Source of the DNA: Octopus sinensis
Taxonomy: Eukaryota
Direction: 5' to 3'
Assembly: GCF_006345805.1 (NCBI RefSeq)
Contig: NC_043022.1
Span: 16,058,001-16,122,000 of the forward strand
Length of the DNA stretch: 64,000 bases
Shown here piece by piece: positions 24,600 to 36,790 of this stretch; position 1 is the first letter of the stretch, and each line of letters begins with the position of its first letter. The translations under genes and the position numbers were made by a program. The notes below the pieces were generated by a model that was not told the DNA's origin, searched no databases, and worked only from the letters and a program-made list of their open reading frames with translations.

Positions 24600-25180
24600 T
24601 GTGGGGCAAAATGGACAAGTGGGGTAAAATGAGTAAGTTCTGATTTCTTCTTATTTTTTCTTTATCTATTTGACGTTGTTACGTTGCGAGGATTGCATCA
24701 TTATTTTGTACTGTTGCATCAGCTTTGGGAGTAAAAAAATTGATCGGCGTAGTTATTGAAGCATTCAGGTGACAGGTACTTTCTTTTCAAAAACGGTTTC
24801 CTCAACATTGGTCCGATTGTAATTGAGGCTGCTAATCAAATATCTGGATAATTTTTGGTGCTTTACAATTAAAATTCTTTTATCTGTTGGATTCTAAGTC
24901 ATTCCTTCACCCCACAATAATTTCCTAACTTTAAAAAATTGATGTCTAAAGCGGGGCAAAATGAGTAAAGCTGGTCCAACAGATGTTGGGTTTTAAAATT
25001 TTGTCGAGTTTCGTTCATTCCATATCACGTGCCATTTTCTCCCGACTCTCTTTCATTTGACCTGTTCTTTCTGATGTGTAAGGATCGATAACGCTGTGTA
25101 TGATTTTTTTTTCAATTGTGATTGTGGAGAATTGAAAAGACAAATTTTACTTTATTTTGTCTTACTCATTTTGCCCTGCC
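24600..25180. mobile_element. Probable non-autonomous DNA transposon with GGGG(C/T)AAAATG motifs
   Basis: Motif at ~24603, ~24621 and ~24952 on plus and inverted at ~25163-25178; ends not resolved. Confidence 0.4.
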
Positions 25181-25568
25181 TAAATTTATCTTTTACATGC
25201 TCAAGAGAGAACGGAGATGATTTCTGAAATAATGTTATGAATATGTTATAGAATTTCTAATGCATTTAGAGAAAGTCATTTGCTTAGCTAAATATACCTT
25301 TTGGATCTTTAGGCAAGCAGAAGAAAATTTAAGCGACTGGATAAGTTTATCGTTCGACCTGTAGATCCCTTAAACCAGACAGACCCCACTGTCTCAGAAA
25401 CAGAGGATGTAGTCCAGGGCACACCATAAGACAAAAACAACAACAAAAAAAGCAGGGAAAGGAAGGAGTGTTTTCAATAACAAGCTTTGTATAATAAGGA
25501 TTTAACAATGTTTAAGCTGCCTCTCTCTTGTTCGGTGTTTCGAATCCAGCTCATTTCACAAACAACTC

Positions 25569-25962
25569 TTATTCTTTTACTCTTTTACTTGTTTCAGTCA
25601 TTTGACTGCCGCCATGCTGGAGCACCGCCTTTAATCGAGCAACTCGACCCCGGACTTATTCTTTTGTAAGCCCAGTACTTATTCTATCGGTCTCTTCTGC
25701 CGAACCGCTAAGTAACGGGGACATAAACACACCAGCATCGGCTGTCAAGCAATGCTAGGGAGACAAACACAGACACACAAAAAATATATATATACATATA
25801 TACGACGGGCTTCTTTCAGTTTCCGTCTACCAAATCCACGCACAAGGCTTTGGTCGGCCCGAGGCTATAGTAGAAGACACTTGCCCAAGGTACCACGCAG
25901 TGGGACTGAACCCGGAACCATGTGGTTGGTAAACAAGCTACTTACCACGCAGCCACTCCTAC
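25569..25962 (-). mobile_element. SINE family A
   Basis: Full-length match to the other copies. Confidence 0.9.
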
Positions 25963-27884
25963 CGTTTGTTGTTTATTTTCTAACCGTAACCACTCAGGTT
26001 TTTTTTCCTTTTTTAGGCTTGCTGTATCATCTACAACTAGATTATTGAATGGTGTCACTTAAAAAAACACCCGTGCCGGTGACACGTAAAAAGCACCCAA
26101 TACACTCTAAGTGGTTGGCGTTAGGAAGGACGTCCAACCGTAGAAACTACAACAGACGGCTGGAGGCTGGACAGCTCCCTGTTAGTCAGCCCCATGTCAA
26201 ACCGTCCAACCCATGCCAGCATGTAGAGCAGACGTTAAACGATGATGATGATGTGATTGGTGAGAGATTTGGTTGACATTTCTAGTTGCCCGTGTGACCG
26301 CATGGAAGCTTTCCCGTCGCTTCGCTGTTTGTATTTTAATTGGAATGGAACTACGAAGTCTATTCATAATTGGTAGAATGGTTAGAGCGTGGGTTATAAT
26401 ACCTTGTGGTGTTTAGTTATGGAGTTCAAATACAACCGACGTTGACCTTTCCTTTAAATTTCGAGGATCAATAATATAAAATACCGGTCAAGGCGGAGTA
26501 TTAAAATAGGGGTCCCTCGAATCTCTTACGTCACGATAAAGGGAAATAGTGCGGAAGTGGGTGGAGGGGGAAACAGCAAAAATGAGAGAAAAAATAAAAT
26601 AAAACCCAGCATCGTAATTTTCCTTGTATGAAACGCAGGAAGGATCTTTTCTGTTTGGCTGCCACTTTTTTTTTTCAGCATGAGAAATAAGAAAGTGGAA
26701 GGATTTTACCCTTTTTCCTTTCCCATGAGGTATGGGTCTTTGAGTAACAGGCATTCTAAAACTCCTCTTCGCATAAGATATCTTAGATGTGAATGGCACT
26801 TCAAGACAAGAACATCTGTCCTCCCGTACGGTTTCTCTCTCTCGTGATTTCAAGACCTAGTTAAAAGGTCACCCACGAAAAATTACTGGTGCTGGTTACG
26901 ACTGGTTGCACCAACAATAGCTAAAGTAAGACACTTTTGATTTTTTGACGAATTCCAAGAAGCCAAGATTAAATGACGACCGACAACAACGACGTCGATA
27001 CGACACGGCGAGCGTGTCATGTCGTAACGCCTATAAATAACGTCAGATAAATGAAATTAAATGACACAAGAATATTGAACGAAGACCACTCTCTCCAAGA
27101 AAATGATTCAATTCAGTTAAGTAAATAGTTGGCAATGAATTAAGTTTATATAAAACTTAATGGATGCTTAAAGGTAATACAACTCTTCGACAAAGAGATT
27201 GGGCGTGACAGAAGATAATTACAATAGTGTATTTTGGTGAGTTGCTATAGAAGTGTCTGTGACAGTACAGTCAAAAGTTAGTCATCATTTTGGGGAGTCG
27301 GTCTAAAAATGTATGCCAGAAAACAATCGAGAAGTTCGTATTTGTATACGCATAAGTATGGGAGCGAAACTGGCAAACCTTGCTTCAAATTTTTGTACAA
27401 ACATGCTCGATTTTTGTTTCAATCTTAATATCAAAACAAACACAGATGTAATAATAATAATAATAATTGTACATTAAGACGGCGAGCCTTAGTGGCATTT
27501 CGTCCGTCTTTAGAGTTCAAATTCCACCGATGTCGATTTTTGCCTTTCATCTTTTCGGGGTCGATAAAATAAGATCCAGTCGAGTACTGGCGTCGATGCA
27601 ATTGACTTACCCTAACGCCCCCGAAATTGCTGGCTTTGTGCCAAAACTTTGACACTATTATTATTTCTGTACATCAATCAAATCAGATGAATCCACTAAT
27701 AGAAAAGTAATGTTTCACATTAGTCCGAAAATATTTTTACGCTCGTTCGTTGTAGCGATGGGGGTTTTTCAGGAGACTGTTCAGAGCGTTTTCATTGCAT
27801 CCCCACCCACAAATTTTAGGGGTTGCGCTTGCACCCCCGTGTCCCCGAGCTCTTATAGTATACATTTTTAAAATTTTAGTGTGA

Positions 27885-28200
27885 ACACTTGTGTGACGAG
27901 GGTGCTGTGGGACCCCGTCTCCGAATGCAAGAGTCTATGTCACATCAGGCGATGAAGCAGCTCTGTATATGTTTCGACCTCTCTGTCACAACACCAGAGC
28001 TTCCAGAGGCCACCCGCCGGTGTAAGGGGCAAAACTCCCGCACAACAGATCGAGCTTTGTTGAGTCAGGTATTGTGAGACTAGGCCAGATATTTCTACAA
28101 TCCTCAATGCGTGTTCTTGCTGCCCCTCTCGTCCTCTCCCTTGAAGGATAGAGCAGATAAATTTGCTCCAAATGTCAAGTGTAGTCCTTTATACCGGGAC
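27885..28200 (+). mobile_element. Decayed CR1/L2-clade LINE ORF2 C-terminal fragment
   Basis: Frame reads ...FRPLCHNTRASRGHPPV*GAKLPHNRSSFV..., resembling the TR-x-RxHP...R..SF tail of this clade; several stops. Confidence 0.45.
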
Positions 28201-28299
28201 TGCCTCTTTATGAACTCCTTTTCTATTCTATGCGTCTAACCCCTAACTTCGTAACCATGGTATTTCGCTATTTGTTCTAGAAAAATCTTTGAACTTAAG

Positions 28300-29300
28300 C
28301 ACTTCAGTACTCAAAATATCGGGGTCCGCCGCAGTGAAAGGGAACTGGATTTGAGAAAAGAATTTTCCTCACTGCAATATCGAGACAGACGAGATGCGAC
28401 AGGAAAATACATTATTGTTCGATGAAAATGAAGTGCAGGGGAGGGGGATTGATATTGATGTGACTGATTATTGAGGGAAATAGCCCGCGACCTGTGAAAT
28501 AGGCAGGGAACGTCTGTGAGGGAGAGAGAGAGAGAGAATGAAACTGAGTTAAAACAACCACCCTTTGTTAAGTTGACGTTAATCTTGGAGCAAATCTACG
28601 ATTAAAAGCATTTCATTAACGTAATGATAAATTCTGGTAAAGGAAGGCAAGGGAGACAACTTCTAAATTTAAATGAATTGCTGATATCTGGAGTTGTTAG
28701 CGTATTAACCGTATTAATCGGACTGGTTCACTCTTTCACTGCTTGACAATAATCAATTTTTAAGGTTATCTCCCTTCGCCTTGTCTAATATTTAATATTT
28801 TATGCTTTTCGTGTTCTGCCTCACTACCATTCATGTTTTAATTATAATTACTTGTCTCATTACGTTGTTAGTGCTGACATAACTAGTTATTTTTCATGCA
28901 GAAGGTGTCGCGGGATATTTCCTTCAATAATCAGTCACATCAATAATTAATCCCACTCCCTGCGCTTCATTTACATCGAACAATAATGTCTTTTCTTGTG
29001 GCATCTCGTCTGTCTAGACCAGTGCTTTTCAAACTTTTTGCTGGAGCGGAACCCCAAGGAAACATTCCACTGGCTCGAGAAAACCCTGTGCAATAATTTA
29101 ATAGTCTTATGCACACATATCTGCACAGGAGAATTAAAAATTACTGTCGATTTTAGCAGTTCTTGCGGAACCCATGGACTGTACTGGCGGAACCCTGGTT
29201 GAAAACCACTGGTCTAGATATTGCAGTGAGGAAAATTCTTTTCTCCAAAATCCAGTTCCCTTTCACTGCGGCGGACCCCAATATTTTGAGTACTGAAGTG
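28300..29300. mobile_element. ~1-kb foldback element with ~195-bp TIRs (termini CACTTCAGTACTCAAAATAT); superfamily unassigned
   Basis: Left arm ~28300-28497 matches the reverse complement of ~28905-29300 once the hAT MITE is removed. Internal (GA)n; no clear TSD. Confidence 0.75.
29020..29211. mobile_element. hAT MITE, inverted relative to 22251-22469, nested in a TIR of a larger foldback
   Basis: CAGTGCTTTTCAAAC ... GTTGAAAACCACTG; TSD gtctagac / gtctagat. Confidence 0.85.
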
Positions 29301-29714
29301 ACGTCTTAGCAGCATGATGGGCCTCCAGGCAAATCAACGCACTTGGCCATATAGTATTGGTTTGACAGCAAACGCCTAAATTTGGGTCTTCGAGCAAACT
29401 CTCCTGTGTGTTCATGCTTTAAGACGGCACTGAATGAAGCTGTTCCCCCACCACTTTAGTACATAAATATGAATGTAGAGAAATAATTTAACGATAACAT
29501 TTGACTTCCATATTTTGAAAAGCAGCAGCACCAAAGTAAACGTTTCGCAGGCAGTGTGTTGTTGCTCATTAGCCAAAAATGATCTCGTTTTTCTCTGATT
29601 TTAACTTCCGAAGTTTTACTTTTAACTGGCTTTTTTTTTTGTTTTTTTTTGTTAGTATCTAATTATAAACCCAATTAAAAGTAAGCGCTTTTCAAAGTTA
29701 CTTTGCCAAATAAT

Positions 29715-30332
29715 AATAATAATTCTTCCTACTATAGACACAAGGCCTGAAATTTGTGGGGAGGCGACCAGTCAGTTTGGTCGACTCAAACACACAACTG
29801 GCACTTAATTTATCGACCCCAAAAGGATGAAAGACAAAGTCGATCTCCGTGCAATTTGAACTCAGAACGTAAAAACGGCCGAATTACCGCTTAGCATTTC
29901 GCCCGGCGCGCTAATGATTCTGCCACTTGTAATAATCCTTTCTGCTATGCACAAAACCTGAAGTTTTGGGGGACGAAGCTTGTCGATTACACCGACCCCC
30001 GAGTGGAGTAAAAGGCAAAGTTGACCTTGGCGTAATTTCAGCTCATAACAATGGACCGGAAGAATATCCTTAAGCATCTTGACCAGCATGCTGACGACTT
30101 TGTCAGCTCGCCACCATAATGATCTTGATCTTTTCTGCTAAAGGCACAAGGCCTGAAATTTGCGGGGAGGAGACTAGTCGATTACATCGAACCCCAGTGT
30201 TTCACTGGTACTTAATCTATCGACCCCGAAAGGATGAAAGGCAAAGTCGACCACGGCGAATCTTTTCTACTATAGGCTCTAGACTTTAAATTTTTTGGTG
30301 GGTGGGGAGGGACAGTCGATTACATTGACCCC
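29715..30332 (-). repeat. Cluster of family D SINE fragments
   Basis: Repeated cacaaggcctgaaattt...atcgaccccgaaaggatgaaaggcaaagtcgac. Confidence 0.8.
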
Positions 30333-30929
30333 AGAACACAAGATAAACTAAAATGATTATGGTAATTATACAAGGAAGAAAGAAGTCTTACGGGTATCAG
30401 ACAGGTGAGTGTGGGTAACGGAAAAGGAAATGAAGTCCTAAAGGTCTGAAGACACAGGAAGGGCAGAACGAAGGAAGGAGTCTAGTACAGAGTGACAACA
30501 GGATAGAAGTGAGAGGAGTGTCGGAGAGAAATGGGGGACGCTATGCTATGAGAAGTGAAGCTAAGTTGGTATGAGTTCGAGTTTAGGTACTGTGAATGTG
30601 AAAGGAGGAATGAACAGGTGGAAGGAAGGAAGGAAGGAAGTGTTAATTGAGAAATTAGCAATTAGCAATGGGGAAAGCAAAAGCTAAGAATGAAAGATGA
30701 CAGAATTGAAAAATGAAGGAAAATGTAGAAAAATGACAAAACGAAATACTGAAATTAAGAAAAGATGTGAAGGGGTGAGGTTTTAATAGATTACATGAAC
30801 AGTGAGGTGGCCCTAGGGACTTCTCGTTTGGAATTCCAGAATGTTCTTTTTTTTTAATTTTTCAAAAGTAAAAAAAAATACAAAGGATATTTCAAAATTT
30901 TTCTCAAAGTCTCTTGAGGTGATACAGGA

Positions 30930-31050
30930 CGAAGTAAACAAACCGTGGCGGGAAATGTGACGGAGCACAAACGAGCGTGACTGATCAAGTTAGGGGCCAA
31001 CAGAAAAAGAATATGAAGGGTTTAGATAGCCACGGGTCACGTGACAGTGG
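30930..31050. promoter_or_regulatory. Regulatory motif cluster: forkhead, E2F, palindromic E-box
   Basis: GTAAACA at 30934-30940, TGGCGGGAAA at 30946-30955, GTCACGTGAC at 31036-31045. Confidence 0.4.
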
Positions 31051-31369
31051 GAGGAGAGAGAGGAGGGGGGAGGTAAAAATGTGAGGCAAAAGAAAGGAAA
31101 GAAACAAAACTTGAATATCGCAGAAAATATATTCCAAGAATATTTTTACAAATGGGTAGAAAACATAAGGAGTGCATTGCGTTACATAAACACACATCGC
31201 CCGGTCTGAGATTCGAACCCACGACCCCTCGATTGCGAGTTCGCTGCTCTAACCACATGCGCGGGCATGTGTACTGGAATGGTGAATCTTGAACACGATA
31301 AAGCTATAAATAATAACATGCAAATACTCACATATCGATTCTTTCAACAGTAGATTCCACGCTGTTCTA

Positions 31370-32360
31370 TCTTTATTTTCCCCTGTTGATCCCTTTTCTC
31401 AATCCCTTATCTCTCCACGCCCCGTTTCCATTTCTCCCTCTCTCGCTTTATTTTTCTCTTCCCCACCTTTCCTTCTCCCATTCTCATCGTTTTCTTTTCC
31501 ATCCCTACCGGTTTCCTTAACTTTTGTCTCTGCTGTTACCCATCCCCTAATCTTTCTTTTCTAGCTCCCACTATCCTCTTTCTCTCTTCCACCCCCTGAT
31601 TTTTTCATCCTACTCTTTCTTCATTTTTACTCCCCTCCCCTCTAAACTTTCTGCATTCTCACTTTTTCTCTCCCTCCTCTTCTTTACTTTCGTCTGTCTC
31701 CCCTCCTTTCTCTCCATTGTCCCCTCCTTTCTCTCCATATCTCCTCAACTTTCCACTTAACCCTCCGCGTCTGACTTCCCCTTCCCTTATATTCCCTCCT
31801 CCCTCTTCATCTCTGTCCCCTCCTTCTCCATTCTTGTGTCCTCCTTCATTTCTGTCCCCTCCTTCTCCACCTCTGTTTCCCCTTTCCCCCTCTCTCCCCT
31901 TTTTCTCTCCATTTCTTTTTCCATCCCTGTGCTCTTTTCTTTCCCTCCCTGTCCCCTCTCTCTCCCTCTCTGTTCCTTACCTTCTCTCCATTTCTTCCCT
32001 CCTTCCTCTCTATCCCCGCCTCTTCCTTTTTCTCCGATTCTATCCCCTCCTTTCTCTCCCCCTCTCTCCACTCCTTTCTCTCTGTCACTCTCTTCTCTCT
32101 GTCAGTCTCCTCCTTTCTCTCCATTTCTCTCCTTCTTGTCTTTTTCTCTTACTTTTCCCGCCAATATTGTCGCCCCCTTCATTTCCTTCTTTCTTTCTTT
32201 CTTTCCATCTGTTCTCTCCTTTCTCTCTATCACTGTCTCCTCCTTCTTCTCCACATTTCTCCTCTCCAATTCTGCCCCCTTCCTTTACTTTCTGGTCAAC
32301 CTTTTTTATTATATCCCCCTCCCTCCTCCCCCACCGTTCTCCCTTTCTTTCCTCGGTTCA
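31370..32360. repeat. ~1-kb polypyrimidine low-complexity tract
   Basis: Almost exclusively C/T on plus; source of spurious S/P/L/F and E/K/R/G ORFs. Confidence 0.9.
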
Positions 32361-32549
32361 GTTTACCTTTAGATCGACTTTATGGTTTCATCCAACCGCT
32401 CAGAATAAATCAAATACCAGTAATACACACCAAAAAACATCCATTTAATAGACTAGACTCCAGAACAATCAATTCAATTGTCTCGTGGCAGGGAAAAAAA
32501 GAAAAAGGCACTTTTCTGCCAAGACGAAAATAAATCACCATTGAACACC

Positions 32550-32994
32550 CACACCACATTCACCGTCATTACCACGACCACCGCCGCCGTCACCACCACT
32601 ACTACTACTACTACCATCGACATCACCGACATAAACACTAGTCACCACCACCACCACCACTACTACTACCACTACCACTACTACTACCACTACCACTACC
32701 ACTACTACTACTACTACCACTACTACTACCATCGACATCACCGACATAAACACTAGTCACCACCACCACCACCACCACTACTACCACCACCACTACTACT
32801 ACTACCACTACTACTACCACTACTACTACCATCAACATCACCGACATAAACACTAGTCACCACCACCACTACCACCACCACTACCACTACCACTACTACT
32901 ACTACTACCACCACCACCACCACTACTACTACTACCACTACTACTACCACCAACATCACCGACATAAACACTAGTCACTGTCGTCACCGTCACC

Positions 32995-33026
<32 letters not shown>

Positions 33027-33040
33027 CACCACTGTCATCG
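32550..33040. repeat. Higher-order repeat: 31-bp core x4 separated by (ACC/ACT)n
   Basis: Core catcgacatcaccgacataaacactagtcac at 32615, 32730, 32830 and 32948. Confidence 0.9.
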
Positions 33041-33470
33041 TCATAGCCCTACCACAACCTACATTATTTATATAACATTTGAAGAACATACTTTTGTACT
33101 TTTATATCTTTTTTTTTTTTTGAAGTTAAAAAAAAATGTGTTATTTTTTGGGTTTTTTTTTCAAAAAAATTTCCAAAAATTAAAAGTGACAGGTTCGGGG
33201 GTTTGGTCTGGGTGTGGGTGTGCAGAGAGGAAGTAATTAAGCAAGACTTTGAATTAAGCTGAATGAAAAGAAGCAGACATTGATATAGGATAATAATGTT
33301 GGAGACGCAAGATGCTGGGAGGGGGGGACACAGAGGCAGCGAGATCGATCGCAGCTTACCTCCTTTTTTTTTCCCATTACTTTTCCTTATTTTCCATTAT
33401 TTTTCTTCGCTTTCTAAAGATATAAGGATAGAATAGCAAAAAGAAAAATATTTCCTTTATTTTTTATATA

Positions 33471-33600
33471 ATGAACATAAATAATAATAATAATAATAAT
33501 GATAATAATAATGATAAGAATAATAATAATAATAATGATAATAATAATAATAATAATGATAATAATAATAATAATGATAATAATAATGATAAGAATAATA

Positions 33601-33631
<31 letters not shown>

Positions 33632-33723
33632 TGATAATAATAATAATGATAATAATAATGATAATAATAATGATGATGATAATGATAATAATAATAATGA
33701 TAATAATAATGATGATGATGATG

Positions 33724-33773
<50 letters not shown>

Positions 33774-33813
33774 AATGATAATAATAATAATGATGATGAT
33801 AATGATAATAATA

Positions 33814-33856
<43 letters not shown>

Positions 33857-33870
33857 TGATGATAATAATG
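33471..33870. repeat. (ATA/ATG)n trinucleotide tract
   Basis: Direct inspection. Confidence 0.95.
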
Positions 33871-34290
33871 GTTATCTTTTTCTTTTCTCTATCCGTCCCG
33901 CCGTCCTGTCTGTCTGTCTCCCTATTTCCCCTATTTCGTTGTTCGATTTTTTAAAGGTTTTTTTCCCTCCTCACCTACCTACTCAATATCCAGGTTTCTA
34001 TCATTCACCTCTTACCCATACTTACCTCTTTCTGAATTCTTCTAGTTTTTTTAGATTTTAGATTCTTCCCCACCTGTTTGTTCACTTCCCCACCCCTTCT
34101 CTGTCTTTATGTCTATCTCTTCCCCGTCTTCTTCTTCCATTTGCCCTTCCTCTCTCTTATGTCTGCATATCCGTCTGCCTGTCTTCATTCCTATTTCTAG
34201 CTTATTTCTGTACTCATTTCTCTCGTTATATTCCTGGCTTCTTTTTGTGTCATCCCATCTCCTCATCTCCTACCTTGTCTTTACATCATG

Positions 34291-34352
34291 ATGTGTGTGT
34301 GTGAGAGAGAGAGAAGGAGAGAGAGAGTTTGTGTGTGTGAGAGAGAGAGAAA

Positions 34353-34388
<36 letters not shown>

Positions 34389-34392
34389 AAAA

Positions 34393-34424
<32 letters not shown>

Positions 34425-34459
34425 AAGTGTGTGTGTGTGAGAGAGAGAGAGAAGGAGTT

Positions 34460-34493
<34 letters not shown>

Positions 34494-34553
34494 TTGTGTG
34501 TGTATGTGAGAGAGAGAGTTTGTGTGTGTGTGAGAGAGAGAGAGAAAGAGTTT

Positions 34554-34584
<31 letters not shown>

Positions 34585-34586
34585 TT

Positions 34587-34624
<38 letters not shown>

Positions 34625-34637
34625 TGTGTGTGTGTGT
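34291..34637. repeat. Alternating (GT)n(GA)n compound microsatellite
   Basis: Direct inspection. Confidence 0.95.
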
Positions 34638-34819
34638 AAGGGCGGAGAACAGAATAAAAAAAACCATTCAAACGAATTTATTCGATATCCCCCCCCCTTC
34701 TCCATCAATTTCAATTTTGAAAACTTTTATGTGTTGCATAAAATTAAATACACAACAATGAATGGGTGGGGTACATTGCTTGGGTGGATGGAAGAAGCAG
34801 CAGCAGCAGCATTTTTTCA

Positions 34820-34910
34820 AGGGTTACTGCTGTAACCATAGTAACAGGTTAGTTTTCTCTACAGGTTGTCAAATGTATGTTTCTGTAATGGCGCCTCTAT
34901 CGCGATTTTT
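34820..34910 (+). promoter_or_regulatory. Putative promoter with RFX X-box and 5' UTR exon donor
   Basis: GTAACCATAGTAAC (34832-34845) fits the X-box consensus GTNRCC-N0-3-RGYAAC. It is followed by donor-like AG|GTTAGT at 34848 and a YY1-like ATGGCG near 34888. Confidence 0.5.
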
Positions 34911-35357
34911 ACACCGTCTCTGTTTTATTTTCGTTTTTGTTTATCTTTCTTTCGCATTGCTATTCCCAACTGACTCTTCAATTATGAGATTGTTGTTTAT
35001 TATGATCAAAGACGTTCCCCCGTGACCGTCTCGTCTTTTTTCTTTTAGGTAAAGTGTATCTAAGAACTGGAGGAAATTTGGGCTGCTATTTCTAGCAGGT
35101 TACTCCAAAATGCCTATTTTTAAATGCGATTGTTTTTTTTTACCCTCAGCTTTGCTTGATCGTTAGTGACCTATGGGTGAAAGACGTCCCAGTTGTGACC
35201 AACCTGTCTTTTCCTCAAATATATCTAGAAATATTTAATACAGCTCGTTCTTTGCATTCTTAAGATGGTAAGGTGCGATTTGACGAACATTTGACTGCTA
35301 TCTTTAACAAATTGAGCTCCCTCGCTGGTTTATATAATTTGTAAAATCAATGGTTAG

Positions 35358-35413
<56 letters not shown>

Positions 35414-35505
35414 AGATAAATTGTTTCTTCACTTCCTACCAAAAAAATATATCTGACTTATCCTGCTGTAGATAAAAGGGATTTTTTGAAATTTGTATAT
35501 ATAAT

Positions 35506-35536
35506 ATGGCGGACAAAGGGGAACAAACGGTATCAG
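35506..35536 (+). CDS. Putative first coding exon of an unidentified gene (MADKGEQTVS)
   Basis: aatATGGCG start context; upstream acceptor ctgtag at 35471 with branch-like CTGAC; donors at 35530 (GTATCA) or 35537 (GTTATG). Read-through hits TAG, so an intron is required. Confidence 0.45.
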
Positions 35537-35590
35537 GTTATGTTGCATAGCTACAATATTTAAAATGTCCCTTTTTTTTAAAACTCTCAG

Positions 35591-35636
35591 ATAATTACAG
35601 ATGTAACATTACGTGATACTACCAGCAATGGCAAAA
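35591..35636 (+). CDS. Putative second coding exon ((IIT)DVTLRDTTSNGK)
   Basis: Strong acceptor ttttttttaaaactctcag (35590), alternative acag (35600), donor AAAA|GTATGT. Both donor/acceptor pairings (61- or 64-nt intron) keep the same frame. Confidence 0.4.
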
Positions 35637-36539
35637 GTATGTTCCCAACATTAACTGTTATTTGACAGGTAACGAACTAGTTATAAAGTAGCAAGGGAGA
35701 TAAATCCAACAAGATCAGGGTTACAGCCCTTTGGGGATAGACAAACATAGATGGAAATACACTGCCAATTAAATTAATACTTATTTTATGTAGCCTCAAG
35801 TTTGTCCTGGTTGAGCAGACTTCGATTACACAGGTAGTCAGCTGAATGAGCTATTGGCCAGGTATACTAACCTTTCACTTGTCAGGGGACCAATCATACA
35901 ATAAGTTCTTAATTTAATTCTGTTAATTTTTCATGATCACTGAATTCCAACAAATTCCAACAATGTAGAGAATAAAACATTTGTGACCAAGTGTCTTTGA
36001 CAAAAACTAAAATTGGCAACAGGATGTCAAGGAGCCCTTGTAGTCCTTATAACAGAAGCAAAAGAAGAACAACTTCAGAATAATAATAATAATAATAACA
36101 ATAAAATAATGACTTACAAAAACATTGATTTCTAAAGTAGTGATTTACAGAAAGCAGGAGCTGTAATCTATTTAGGAATGCTATATAAATGATTAATGCA
36201 CACAGAGATATCATGTATTGCATGATTCAATGGATGAGCAGCAATTGAGAATTTCTGCTTTGAAGAGAAATGTTACGTTTATTGTGTTATGTTGGTGGGT
36301 TTTATTATTTATAAGTTTATTGAAACTTTAGGGATGTCTTTTTGAGTGAGTTGATCTTATCAGGAATAATTTTGTAAAGGGACCGTGAGTGCCTTTGAGT
36401 TTTGTAAGTGTTGTTTGCATTACATATACATGGACATTTGGTTCTATCAAGAGTTGTTTGATAATTCTGAAGCCGACAGAAACATAGATCAACATTATGA
36501 AAATTATTAAAGAATTTGATTTGTCTTAATGTATAACAC

Positions 36540-36790
36540 AGCTATTCATCTGTCTTCTCCACTCGCTATTCGTGGGACATATGAATAGAGTCCTCAGGCA
36601 CCTCTACCATAGGGTCCTATCAGAAGCAACTATCTTTACACTTTCTAGCTGGGTTCCCGAGTGCAACCAATTGAAACTATGGATATTATCCAGCCATTTC
36701 ACCCGATGTCTACACCTTACGTTTTCTGCTTGTTTGCATGATTTGATGAATCCATCTTTCAATTCCTTCCTGTGACATAATAATCACACT
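36540..36790 (-). mobile_element. RTE-type LINE 3' fragment
   Basis: IMQTSRKRKV*...RHRVKWLDNI...LESVKIVASDRTLW* resembles the RTE C-terminal GRP..RWLDNI...AQDR..W motif. Confidence 0.55.

Noticed and set aside
31190-31258. tRNA-like sequence, also the heads at 7846, 45994, 49076 and others
   Set aside because: A/B boxes are present but there is no complete acceptor stem, and they continue into SINE bodies; not functional tRNA genes.
32550-33040. CRISPR-like repeat-spacer appearance
   Set aside because: Spacers are ACC/ACT microsatellite, not unique sequence; no cas genes; eukaryotic context.
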